A stretch of 64,000 nt of DNA, from the NCBI GenBank assembly GCA_964016885.1, contig OZ024744.1, forward strand, positions 127,720,001-127,784,000. Direction: 5' to 3'. Numbering within the stretch: the first letter of the stretch is position 1; every line of letters begins with the position of its first letter. The stretch comes from Eledone cirrhosa (Eukaryota). A program made the position numbers and the translations under genes. Under the pieces are notes generated by a model. The model saw nothing but the letters and a program-made list of their open reading frames with translations, had not been told where the DNA came from and did not search any database. Positions 22,901 through 33,200 of the stretch are shown piece by piece.

Positions 22901-25900
22901 TAAGTTGGGTTTAAGTTAAGTTGGGGCTAAGTTAAGTTGGGGCTAAGTTAAGTTGGGGCTGACTTAAGTTGGGGTTAAGTTAAGTTGGGGTTGAGTTAAG
23001 TTGGGGTTATGTTAAGTTAGGGTTGAGTTAAGTTGGGGTTGAGTTAAGTTGGGGTTGAGTTAAGTAGGGGTTAAGTTAAGTTGGCGTTAAGTTAAGTTGG
23101 GGTTAAGTTAAGTTGGGGTCAAGTTAATTTGCGGTTAAGTTAGGTTGTGGGTTAAGTTAAGTTGGGGTTAAGTTAAGCTGGGGTTAAGTTGGGGTAAGTT
23201 AAGTTGGGGGTAAGTTAAGTTGGGGTTAAGTTAAGTTGGGGTTAAGTTAAGTTGGGGTTGAGTTAAGTTGGGGTTGAGTTAAGTTGGGGTTGAGTTAAGT
23301 TGGGGTTATTTTAAGTTGGGGTTAAGTTAAGTTGGGGTTAAATTAAGTTGGGGTTAAGTTAAGTTGGGGGTAAGTTAAGTTGGGGTTAAGTTAAGTTGGG
23401 GTTAAGTTAAGTTAAGGTTAATTTCAGTTGGGGTTATGTTAAGTTGGGGTTAAGTTAAGTTGGGGTTAAGTTAAAGTTGGGGTTAAGTTAAGTTGGGGTA
23501 AAGTTAAGTTAGGGTTAAGTTAAGTTGGGGTTAAGTTAAGTTGGGGTTAAATTAAGTTGGGGTTAAGTTAAGTTGGGGTTAAGTTAAGTTGGGGTTCAGT
23601 TAAGTTGGGGTGAAATTAAGTTGGGGTTAAGTTAAGTTGGGGTTAGTTAAGTTGTGGTTAAGTTAAGTTGGGGTTAAGTTAAGTTGGGGTTAAGTTAAGT
23701 TGGAGTTAAGTTAAGTTGGGGTTAATTTAAGTTGTGGTTAAGTTAAGTTGGGGTTAAGTTAAGTTGGAGTTAAGTCAAGTTGGGGTTAAGTCAAGTTGGG
23801 GTTAAGTCAAGTTGGGGTTAAGTTAAGTTGGGGTTAAGTTAAGTTGGGGTTAAGTTAAGTTGGGGGTAAGTTAAGTTGCGTGTAAGTTAAGTTGGGGTTA
23901 AGTTAAGTTGGAGTTAAGTCAAGTTGGGGTTAAGTCAAGTTGGGGTTAAGTCAAGTTGGGGTTAAGTTAAGTTGGGGTTAAGTTAAGTTGGGGTTAAGTT
24001 AAGTTGGGGGTAAGTTAAGTTGCGTGTAAGTCAAGTTGGGGTTAAGTTAAGTTGGGGTTAAGTTAAGTTGGGGTTAATTTAAGTTGTGGTTAAGTTAAGT
24101 TGGGGTTAAGTTAAGTTGGAGTTAAGTCAAGTTGGGGTTAAGTCAAGTTGGGGTTAAGTTAAGTTGGGGTTAAGTTAAGTTGGGGTTAAGTTAAGCTGGG
24201 GGTAAGTTAAGTTGGGTGTAAGTTAAGTTGGGGTTAAGTTAAGTTGGGGTTAAGTTAAGTTGGGGTTAAATTAAGTTGGGGTTAAGTTAAGTTGGGGTTA
24301 TGTTAAGTTGGGGTTAAGTTAAGTTGCGGTTAAGTTAAGTTGGGGTTAAGTTAAGTTGGGGTTAAGTTAAGTTGGGGTTAAGTTAAGTTGGAGTTAAGTT
24401 AAGTTGGGGTTAACTTAAGTTGGGGTTAAGTTGGGGTTAAGTTAAGTTGGGGGTTAGTTAAGTTGGGGGCAAGTTAAGTTGGGGTTAATTTAAGTTGGGG
24501 TTAAGTTAAGTTGGGGTTATGTTAAGTTGGGGTTAAGTTAAGTTGGGGTTAAGTTAAGTTGGGGGTAAGTTAAGTTGGGGTTAAGTTAAGTTGGGGGTAA
24601 GTTAAGTTGGGGGTAAGTTAAGTTGAGGCTAAGTTAAAGTGGGGTTAAGTTAAGTTGGGGTTAAATTGAGTTGGGGGTAAGTTAAGTTGGGGGTAAGTTA
24701 AGTTGGGGTTAAGTTAAGTTGGGGTTAAATTAAGTTGAGGTTAAGTTAAGTTGGGGTTAAGTTAAGTTGGGGTTAAGTTAAGTTGGGGGTAAGATAAGTT
24801 GGGGCTAAGTTAAGTTGGGGCTAAGTCAAGTTGGGGTTAAGTCAAGTTGAGGTTAACTTAAGTTGGGGTTAAGTTAAGTTGGGGTTAAGGTAAGTTGGGG
24901 TTATGTTAAGTTGGGGCTAAGTTAAGTTGGGGCTAAGTTAAGTTGGGGCTGAGTTAAGTTGGGGTTAAGTTAAGTTGGGGTTGAGTTAAGTTGGGGTTAA
25001 GTTAAGTTGGGATTAAGTTAAGTTGGGGTTAAGTTAAGTTCGGCTTGAGTTAAGTTGGGGTTAAGTTAAGTTGGGGTTAATTTAAGTTCGGGTTAAGTTA
25101 AGTTGGGGTTAAGATAAGTTGGGGTTAAGCTAAGTTTGGGTTAAGTTAAGTTGGGGTTGAGTTAATTTGGGGTTAAGTTAAGTTGGGGTTAACTTAAGTT
25201 GGGGTTAATTTGGGGTTAAGTTAAGTTGGGGTTAAGTTAAGTTGGGGTTAAGTTAAGTTGGGGTTAAGTTAAGTTGGGTTTAAGTTAAGTTGGGGCTAAG
25301 TTAAGTTGGGGCTAAGTTAAGTTGGGGCTGAGTTAAGTTGGGGTTAAGTTAAGTTGGGGTTGAGTTAAGTTGGGGTTATGTTAAGTTAGGGTTGAGTTAA
25401 GTTGGGGTTGAGTTAAGTTGGGGTTAAGTTAAGTTGGGGGTAAGTTAAGTTGGGGTTAAGTTAAGTTGGGGTTAAGTTAAGTTGGGTTTAAGTTAAGTTG
25501 GGGCTAAGTTAAGTTGGGGCTAAGTTAAGTTGGGGCTGAGTTAAGTTGGGGTTAAGTTAAGTTGGGGTTGAGTTAAGTTGGGGTTATGTTAAGTTAGGGT
25601 TGAGTTAAGTTGGGGTTGAGTTAAGTTGGGGTTGAGTTAAGTAGGGGTTAAGTTAAGTTGGCGTTAAGTTAAGTTGGGGTTAAGTTAAGTTGGGGTCAAG
25701 TTAATTTGCGGTTAAGTTAGGTTGTGGGTTAAGTTAAGTTGGGGTTAAGTTAAGCTGGGGTTAAGTTGGGGTAAGTTAAGTTGGGGGTAAGTTAAGTTGG
25801 GGTTAAGTTAAGTTGGGGTTAAGTTAAGTTGGGGTTGAGTTAAGTTGGGGTTGAGTTAAGTTGGGGTTGAGTTAAGTTGGGGTTAAGTTAAGTTGGGGTT

Positions 25901-26520
25901 GAGTTAAGTTGGGGTTAAATTAAGTTGGGCTTAAGTTAAGTTGGGGGTAAGTTAAGTTGGGGTTAAGTTAAGTTGGGGTTAAGTTAAGTTGGGGTTAAGT
26001 TAAGTTGGGGTTAAGTTAAGTTAAGGTTAATTTCAGTTGGGGTTATGTTAAGTTGGGGTTAAGTTAAGTTGGGGTTAAGTTAAAGTTGGGGTTAAGTTAA
26101 GTTGTGGTAAAGTTAAGTTAGGGTTAAGTTAAGTTGGGGTTAAGTTAAGTTGGGGTTAAATTAAGTTGGGGTTAAGTTAAGTTGGGGTTAAGTTAAGTTG
26201 GGGTTAAATTAAGTTGGGGTTCAGTTAAGTTGGGGTGAAATTAAGTTGGGGTTAAGTTAAGTTGGGGTTAGTTAAGTTGGGGTTAAGTTAAGTTGGGGTT
26301 AAGTTAAGTTGGGGTTAAGTTAAGTTGGAGTTAAGTTAAGTTGGGGTTAATTTAAGTTGTGGTTAAGTTAAGTTGGGGTTAAGTTAAGTTGGAGTTAAGT
26401 CAAGTTGGGGTTAAGTCAAGTTGGGGTTAAGTCAAGTTGGGGTTAAGTTAAGTTGGGGTTAAGTTAAGTTGGGGTTAAGTTAAGTTGGGGGTAAGTTAAG
26501 TTGCGTGTAAGTTAAGTTGG
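14000..26520 (+). repeat. Tandem run of ~2.6-kb higher-order repeat, about 4.5-5 copies
   Basis: Marker gttaaggttaatttcag at 15883, 18193, 20802, 23411, 26020 (spacings 2310, 2609, 2609, 2609); private variants taatttgggggttag at 19241/21850 and ttggggttatttt at 20691/23300 (both offset 2609). Confidence 0.9.
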
Positions 26521-29500
26521 GGTTAAGTTAAGTTGGGGTTCAGTTCAGTTGGGGTTAAGTTAAGTTGGGGTTAAGTTAAGCTGGGGGTAAGTTAAGTTGG
26601 GTGTAAGTTAAGTTGGGGTTAGGTTAAGTTGGGGTTAATTTAAGTTGGGGTTAAATTAAGTTGGGGTTAAGTTAAGTTGGGGTTATGTTAAGTTGGGGTT
26701 AAGTTAAGTTGGGGTTAAGTTAAGTTGGAGTTAAGTTAAGTTGGGGTTAAGCTAAGTTGGGGTTCAGTTAAGTTGGGGTTAAGTTAATTTGCGGTTAAGT
26801 TAAGTTGTGGGTAAGTTAAGTTGGGGTAAGTTAAGTTGGGGGTAAGTTAAGTTGGGGTTAAGTTAAGTTGGGGTTAAATTAAGTTGGGGTTAAGTTAAGT
26901 TGGGGTTAAGTTAAGTTGGGGTTAAGTTAAGTTGGGGGTAAGTTAAGTTGGGGCTAAGTTAAGTTGGGGTTAAGTTAAGTTGGGGTTAACTTAAGTTGGG
27001 GTTAAGTTAAGTTGGGGCTAAGTTAAGTTGGGGCTAAGTTAAGTTGGGGCTGAGTTAAGTTGGGGTTAAGTTAAGTTCGGGTTGAGTTAAGTTGGGGGTA
27101 AGTTAAGTTGGGGCTAAGTTAAGTTGGGGCTAAGTCAAGTTGGGGTTAAGTTAAGTTGAGGTTAACTTAAGTTGGGGTTAAGTTAAGTTGGGGTTAAGTT
27201 AAGTTGGGGTTAAGGTAAGTTGGGGTTAAGTTAAGTTGGGGCTAAGTTAAGTTGGGGCTAAGTTAAGTTGGGGCTAAGTTAAGTTGGGGTTAAGTTGGGG
27301 TTGAGTTAAGTTGGGGTTAAGTTAAGTTGGGATTAAGTTAAGTTGGGGTTAAGTTAAGTTCGGGTTGAGTTAAGTTGGGGTTAAGTTAAGTTGGGGTTAA
27401 TTTAAGTTGGGGTTAAGTTAAGTTGGGGTTGAGTTAATTTGGGGTTAAGTTAAGTTGGGGTTAACTTAAGTTGGGGTTAAGTTAAGTTGGGGTTAAGTTA
27501 AGTTGGGGGTAAGTTAAATTGGGGGCAAGTTGAGTTGGGGTTAAGTTAAATTGGGGTTAAGTTAAGGTGGGGGTAAGTTAAGTTGGGGGTAAGTTAAGTT
27601 GGGGTTAAGTTAAGTTGGGGTTAAGTTAAGTTGGGGCTAAGTTAAGTTGGGGCTAAGTTAAGTTGGGGCTGAGTTAAGTTGGGGTTAAGTTAAGTTGGGG
27701 TTGAGTTAAGTTGGGGTTAAGTTAAGTTGTGGTTAAGTTGGGGTTAAGTTAAGTTGGGGTTAAATTAAGTTGGGGGTTAGTTAAGTTGGGGCAAGTTAAG
27801 TTGGGGTTATGTTAAGTTGGGGTTAAGTTAAGTTGGGGTTAAGTTAAGTTGGGGGTAAGTTAAGTTGGGGTTAAGTTAAGTTGGGGGTAAGTTAAGTTGA
27901 GGGTAAGTTAAGTTGGGGTTAAGTTAAGTTGAGGTTAAGTTAAGTTGGGGTTAAGTTAAGTTGGGGTTAAGTTAAGTTGGGGGTAAGATAAGTTGGGGTT
28001 GAGTTAAGTTGGGGTTGAGTTAAGTTGGGGTTAAGTTAAGTTGGGGTTAAGTTAAGTTGGGGTTAAATTAAGTTGGGGTTAAGTTAAGTTGGGGGTAAGT
28101 TAAGTTGGGGTTAAGTTAAGTTGGGGTTAAGTTAAGTTGGGGTTAAGTTAAGTTGGGGTTAAGTTAAGTTAAGGTTAATTTCAGTTGGGGTTATGTTAAG
28201 TTGGGGTTAAGTTAAGTTGGGGTTAAGTTAAAGTTGGGGTTAAGTTAAGTTGGGGTAAAGTTAAGTTAGGGTTAAGTTAAGTTGGGGTTAAGTTAAGTTG
28301 GGGTTAAATTAAGTTGGGGTTAAGTTAAGTTGGGGTTAAGTTAAGTTGGGGTTAAATTAAGTTGGGGTTCAGTTAAGTTGGGGTGAAATTAAGTTGGGGT
28401 TAAGTTAAGTTGGGGTTAGTTAAGTTGGGGTTAAGTTAAGTTGGGGTTAAGTTAAGTTGGGGTTAAGTTAAGTTGGAGTTAAGTTAAGTTGGGGTTAATT
28501 TAAGTTGTGGTTAAGTTAAGTTGGGGTTAAGTTAAGTTGGAGTTAAGTCAAGTTGGGGTTAAGTCAAGTTGGGGTTAAGTCAAGTTGGGGTTAAGTTAAG
28601 TTGGGGTTAAGTTAAGTTGGGGTTAAGTTAAGTTGGGGGTAAGTTAAGTTGTGTGTAAGTTAAGTTGGGGTTAAGTTAAGTTGGGGTTCAGTTCAGTTGG
28701 GGTTAAGTTAAGTTGGGGTTAAGTTAAGCTGGGGGTAAGTTAAGTTGGGTGTAAGTTAAGTTGGGGTTAAGTTAAGTTGGGGTTAATTTAAGTTGGGGTT
28801 AAATTAAGTTGGGGTTAAGTTAAGTTGGGGTTATGTTAAGTTGGGGTTAAGTTAAGTTGGGGTTAAGTTAAGTTGGAGTTAAGTTAAGTTGGGGTTAAGT
28901 TAAGTTGGGGGTAAGTTAAGTTGGGGCTAAGTTAAGTTGGGGTTAAGTTAAGTTGGGGTTAACTTAAGTTGGGCTTAAGTTAAGTTGGGGCTAAGTTAAG
29001 TTGGGGCTAAGTTAAGTTGGGGCTGAGTTAAGTTGGGGTTAAGTTAAGTTCGGGTTGAGTTAAGTTGGGGGTAAGTTAAGTTGGGGCTAAGTTAAGTTGG
29101 GGCTAAGTCAAGTTGGGGTTAAGTTAAGTTGAGGTTAACTTAAGTTGGGGTTAAGTTAAGTTGGGGTTAAGTTAAGTTGGGGTTAAGGTAAGTTGGGGTT
29201 AAGTTAAGTTGGGGCTAAGTTAAGTTGGGGCTAAGTTAAGTTGGGGCTAAGTTAAGTTGGGGTTAAGTTGGGGTTGAGTTAAGTTGGGGTTAAGTTAAGT
29301 TGGGATTAAGTTAAGTTGGGGTTAAGTTAAGTTCGGGTAGAGTTAAGTTGGGGTTAAGTTAAGTTGGGGTTAATTTAAGTTGGGGTTAAGTTAAGTTGGG
29401 GTTGAGTTAATTTGGGGTTAAGTTAAGTTGGGGTTAACTTAAGTTGGGGTTAAGTTAAGTTGGGGTTAAGTTAAGTTGGGGGTAAGTTAAATTGGGGGCA

Positions 29501-30120
29501 AGTTGAGTTGGGGTTAAGTTAAATTGGGGTTAAGTTAAGGTGGGGGTAAGTTAAGTTGGGGGTAAGTTAAGTTGGGGTTAAGTTAAGTTGGGGTTAAGTT
29601 AAGTTGGGGCTAAGTTAAGTTGGGGCTAAGTTAAGTTGGGGCTGAGTTAAGTTGGGGTTAAGTTAAGTTGGGGTTGAGTTAAGTTGGGGTTAAGTTAAGT
29701 TGTGGTTAAGTTGGGGTTAAGTTAAGTTGGGGTTAAATTAAGTTGGGGGTTAGTTAAGTTGGGGCAAGTTAAGTTGGGGTTATGTTAAGTTGGGGGTAAG
29801 TTAAGTTGAGGGTAAGTTAAGTTGGGGTTAAGTTAAGTTGAGGTTAAGTTAAGTTGGGGTTAAGTTAAGTTGGGGTTAAGTTAAGTTGGGGGTAAGATAA
29901 GTTGGGGCTAAGTTAAGTTGGGGCTAAGTCAAGTTGGGGTTAAGTCAAGTTGAGGTTAACTTAAGTTGGGGTTAAGTTAAGTTGGGGTTAAGTTAAGTTG
30001 GGGTTAAGTTAAGTTGGGGTTAAATTAAGTTGGGGTTAAGTTAAGTTGGGGGTAAGTTAAGTTGGGGTTAAGTTAAGTTGGGGTTAAGTTAAGTTGGGGT
30101 TAAGTTAAGTTGGGGTTAAG
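26020..30120 (+). repeat. Two copies of a ~2.0-2.15 kb higher-order unit
   Basis: gttaaggttaatttcag at 26020, 28168, 30125; cagttcag at 26541 and 28689 (offset 2148); second copy carries internal deletions. Confidence 0.75.
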
Positions 30121-30299
30121 TTAAGTTAAGGTTAATTTCAGTTGGGGTTATGTTAAGTTGGGGTTAAGTTAAGTTGGGGTTAAGTTAAGTTGGGTTTAAG
30201 TTAAGTTGGGGCTAAGTTAAGTTGGGGCTAAGTTAAGTTGGGGCTGAGTTAAGTTGGGGTTAAGTTAAGTTGGGGTTGAGTTAAGTTGGGGTTATGTTA

Positions 30300-33200
30300 A
30301 GTTAGGGTTGAGTTAAGTTGGGGTTGAGTTAAGTTGGGGTTGAGTTAAGTAGGGGTTAAGTTAAGTTGGCGTTAAGTTAAGTTGGGGTTAAGTTAAGTTG
30401 GGGTCAAGTTAATTTGCGGTTAAGTTAGGTTGTGGGTTAAGTTAAGTTGGGGTTAAGTTAAGCTGGGGTTAAGTTGGGGTAAGTTAAGTTGGGGGTAAGT
30501 TAAGTTGGGGTTAAGTTAAGTTGGGGTTAAGTTAAGTTGGGGTTGAGTTAAGTTGGGGTTGAGTTAAGTTGGGGTTGAGTTAAGTTGGGGTTAAGTTAAG
30601 TTGGGGTTAAGTTAAGTTGGGGTTAAATTAAGTTGGGGTTAAGTTAAGTTGGGGGTAAGTTAAGTTGGGGTTAAGTTAAGTTGGGGTTAAGTTAAGTTGG
30701 GGTTAAGTTAAGTTGGGGTTAAGTTAAGTTAAGGTTAATTTCAGTTGGGGTTATGTTAAGTTGGGGTTAAGTTAAGTTGGGGTTAAGTTAAAGTTGGGGT
30801 TAAGTTAAGTTGGGGTAAAGTTAAGTTAGGGTTAAGTTAAGTTGGGGTTAAGTTAAGTTGGGGTTAAATTAAGTTGGGGTTAAGTTAAGTTGGGGTTAAG
30901 TTAAGTTGGGGTTAAATTAAGTTGGGGTTCAGTTAAGTTGGGGTGAAATTAAGTTGGGGTTAAGTTAAGTTGGGGTTAGTTAAGTTGGGGTTAAGTTAAG
31001 TTGGGGTTAAGTTAAGTTGGGGTTAAGTTAAGTTGGAGTTAAGTTAAGTTGGGGTTAATTTAAGTTGTGGTTAAGTTAAGTTGGGGTTAAGTTAAGTTGG
31101 AGTTAAGTCAAGTTGGGGTTAAGTCAAGTTGGGGTTAAGTCAAGTTGGGGTTAAGTTAAGTTGGGGTTAAGTTAAGTTGGGGTTAAGTTAAGTTGGGGGT
31201 AAGTTAAGTTGCGTGTAAGTTAAGTTGGGGTTAAGTTAAGTTGGGGTTCAGTTCAGTTGGGGTTAAGTTAAGTTGGGGTTAAGTTAAGCTGGGGGTAAGT
31301 TAAGTTGGGTGTAAGTTAAGTTGGGGTTAAGTTAAGTTGGGGTTAATTTAAGTTGGGGTTAAATTAAGTTGGGGTTAAGTTAAGTTGGGGTTATGTTAAG
31401 TTGGGGTTAAGTTAAGTTGGGGTTAAGTTAAGTTGGAGTTAAGTTAAGTTGGGGTTAAGCTAAGTTGGGGTTCAGTTAAGTTGGGGTTAAGTTAATTTGC
31501 GGTTAAGTTAAGTTGTGGGTAAGTTAAGTTGGGGTAAGTTAAGTTGGGGGTAAGTTAAGTTGGGGTTAAGTTAAGTTGGGGTTAAATTAATTTGGGGTTA
31601 AGTTAAGTTGGGGTTAAGTTAAGTTGGGGTTAAGTTAAGTTGGGGGTAAGTTAAGTTGGGGCTAAGTTAAGTTGGGGTTAAGTTAAGTTGGGGTTAACTT
31701 AAGTTGGGGTTAAGTTAAGTTGGGGCTAAGTTAAGTTGGGGCTAAGTTAAGTTGGGGCTGAGTTAAGTTGGGGTTAAGTTAAGTTCGGGTTGAGTTAAGT
31801 TGGGGGTAAGTTAAGTTGGGGCTAAGTTAAGTTGGGGCTAAGTCAAGTTGGGGTTAAGTTAAGTTGAGGTTAACTTAAGTTGGGGTTAAGTTAAGTTGGG
31901 GTTAAGTTAAGTTGGGGTTAAGGTAAGTTGGGGTTAAGTTAAGTTGGGGCTAAGTTAAGTTGGGGCTAAGTTAAGTTGGGGCTAAGTTAAGTTGGGGTTA
32001 AGTTGGGGTTGAGTTAAGTTGGGGTTAAGTTAAGTTGGGATTAAGTTAAGTTGGGGTTAAGTTAAGTTCGGGTTGAGTTAAGTTGGGGTTAAGTTAAGTT
32101 GGGGTTAATTTAAGTTGGGGTTAAGTTAAGTTGGGGTTGAGATAAGTTGGGGTTAAGTTAAGTTGGGGTTAAGTTAAGTTGGGGTTGAGTTAATTTGGGG
32201 TTAAGTTAAGTTGGGGTTAACTTAAGTTGGGGTTAAGTTAAGTTGGGGTTAAGTTAAGTTGGGGGTAAGTTAAATTGGGGGCAAGTTGAGTTGGGGTTAA
32301 GTTAAATTGGGGTTAAGTTAAGGTGGGGGTAAGTTAAGTTGGGGGTAAGTTAAGTTGGGGTTAAGTTAAGTTGGGGTTAAGTTAAGTTGGGGCTAAGTTA
32401 AGTTGGGGCTAAGTTAAGTTGGGGCTGAGTTAAGTTGGGGTTAAGTTAAGTTGGGGTTGAGTTAAGTTGGGGTTAAGTTAAGTTGTGGTTAAGTTGGGGT
32501 TAAGTTAAGTTGGGGTTAAATTAAGTTGGGGGTTAGTTAAGTTGGGGCAAGTTAAGTTGGGGTTATGTTAAGTTGGGGTTAAGTTAAGTTGGGGTTAAGT
32601 TAAGTTGGGGGTAAGTTAAGTTGGGGTTAAGTTAAGTTGGGGGTAAGTTAAGTTGAGGGTAAGTTAAGTTGGGGTTAAGTTAAGTTGAGGTTAAGTTAAG
32701 TTGGGGTTAAGTTAAGTTGGGGTTAAGTTAAGTTGGGGGTAAGATAAGTTGGGGCTAAGTTAAGTTGGGGCTAAGTCAAGTTGGGGTTAAGTCAAGTTGA
32801 GGTTAACTTAAGTTGGGGTTAAGTTAAGTTGGGGTTAAGTTAAGTTGGGGGTAAGTTAAATTGGGGGCAAGTTGAGTTGGGGTTAAGTTAAGTTGGGGTT
32901 AAGTTAAGGTGGGGGTAAGTTAAGTTGGGGGTAAGTTAAGTTGGGGTTAAGTTAAGTTGGGGTTAAGTTAAGTTGGGGCTAAGTTAAGTTGGGGCTAAGT
33001 TAAGTTGGGGCTGAGTTAAGTTGGGGTTAAGTTAAGTTGGGGTTAACTTAAGTTGGGGTTAAGTTAAGTTGGGGTTAAGTTGGGGGTAAGTTGAATTGGG
33101 GGCAAGTTGAGTTGGGGTTAAGTTAAGTTGGGGTTCAGTTCAGTTGGGGTTAAGTTAAGTTGGGGTTAAGTTAAGTTGGGGTTAAGTTGGGGTTAAGTTA

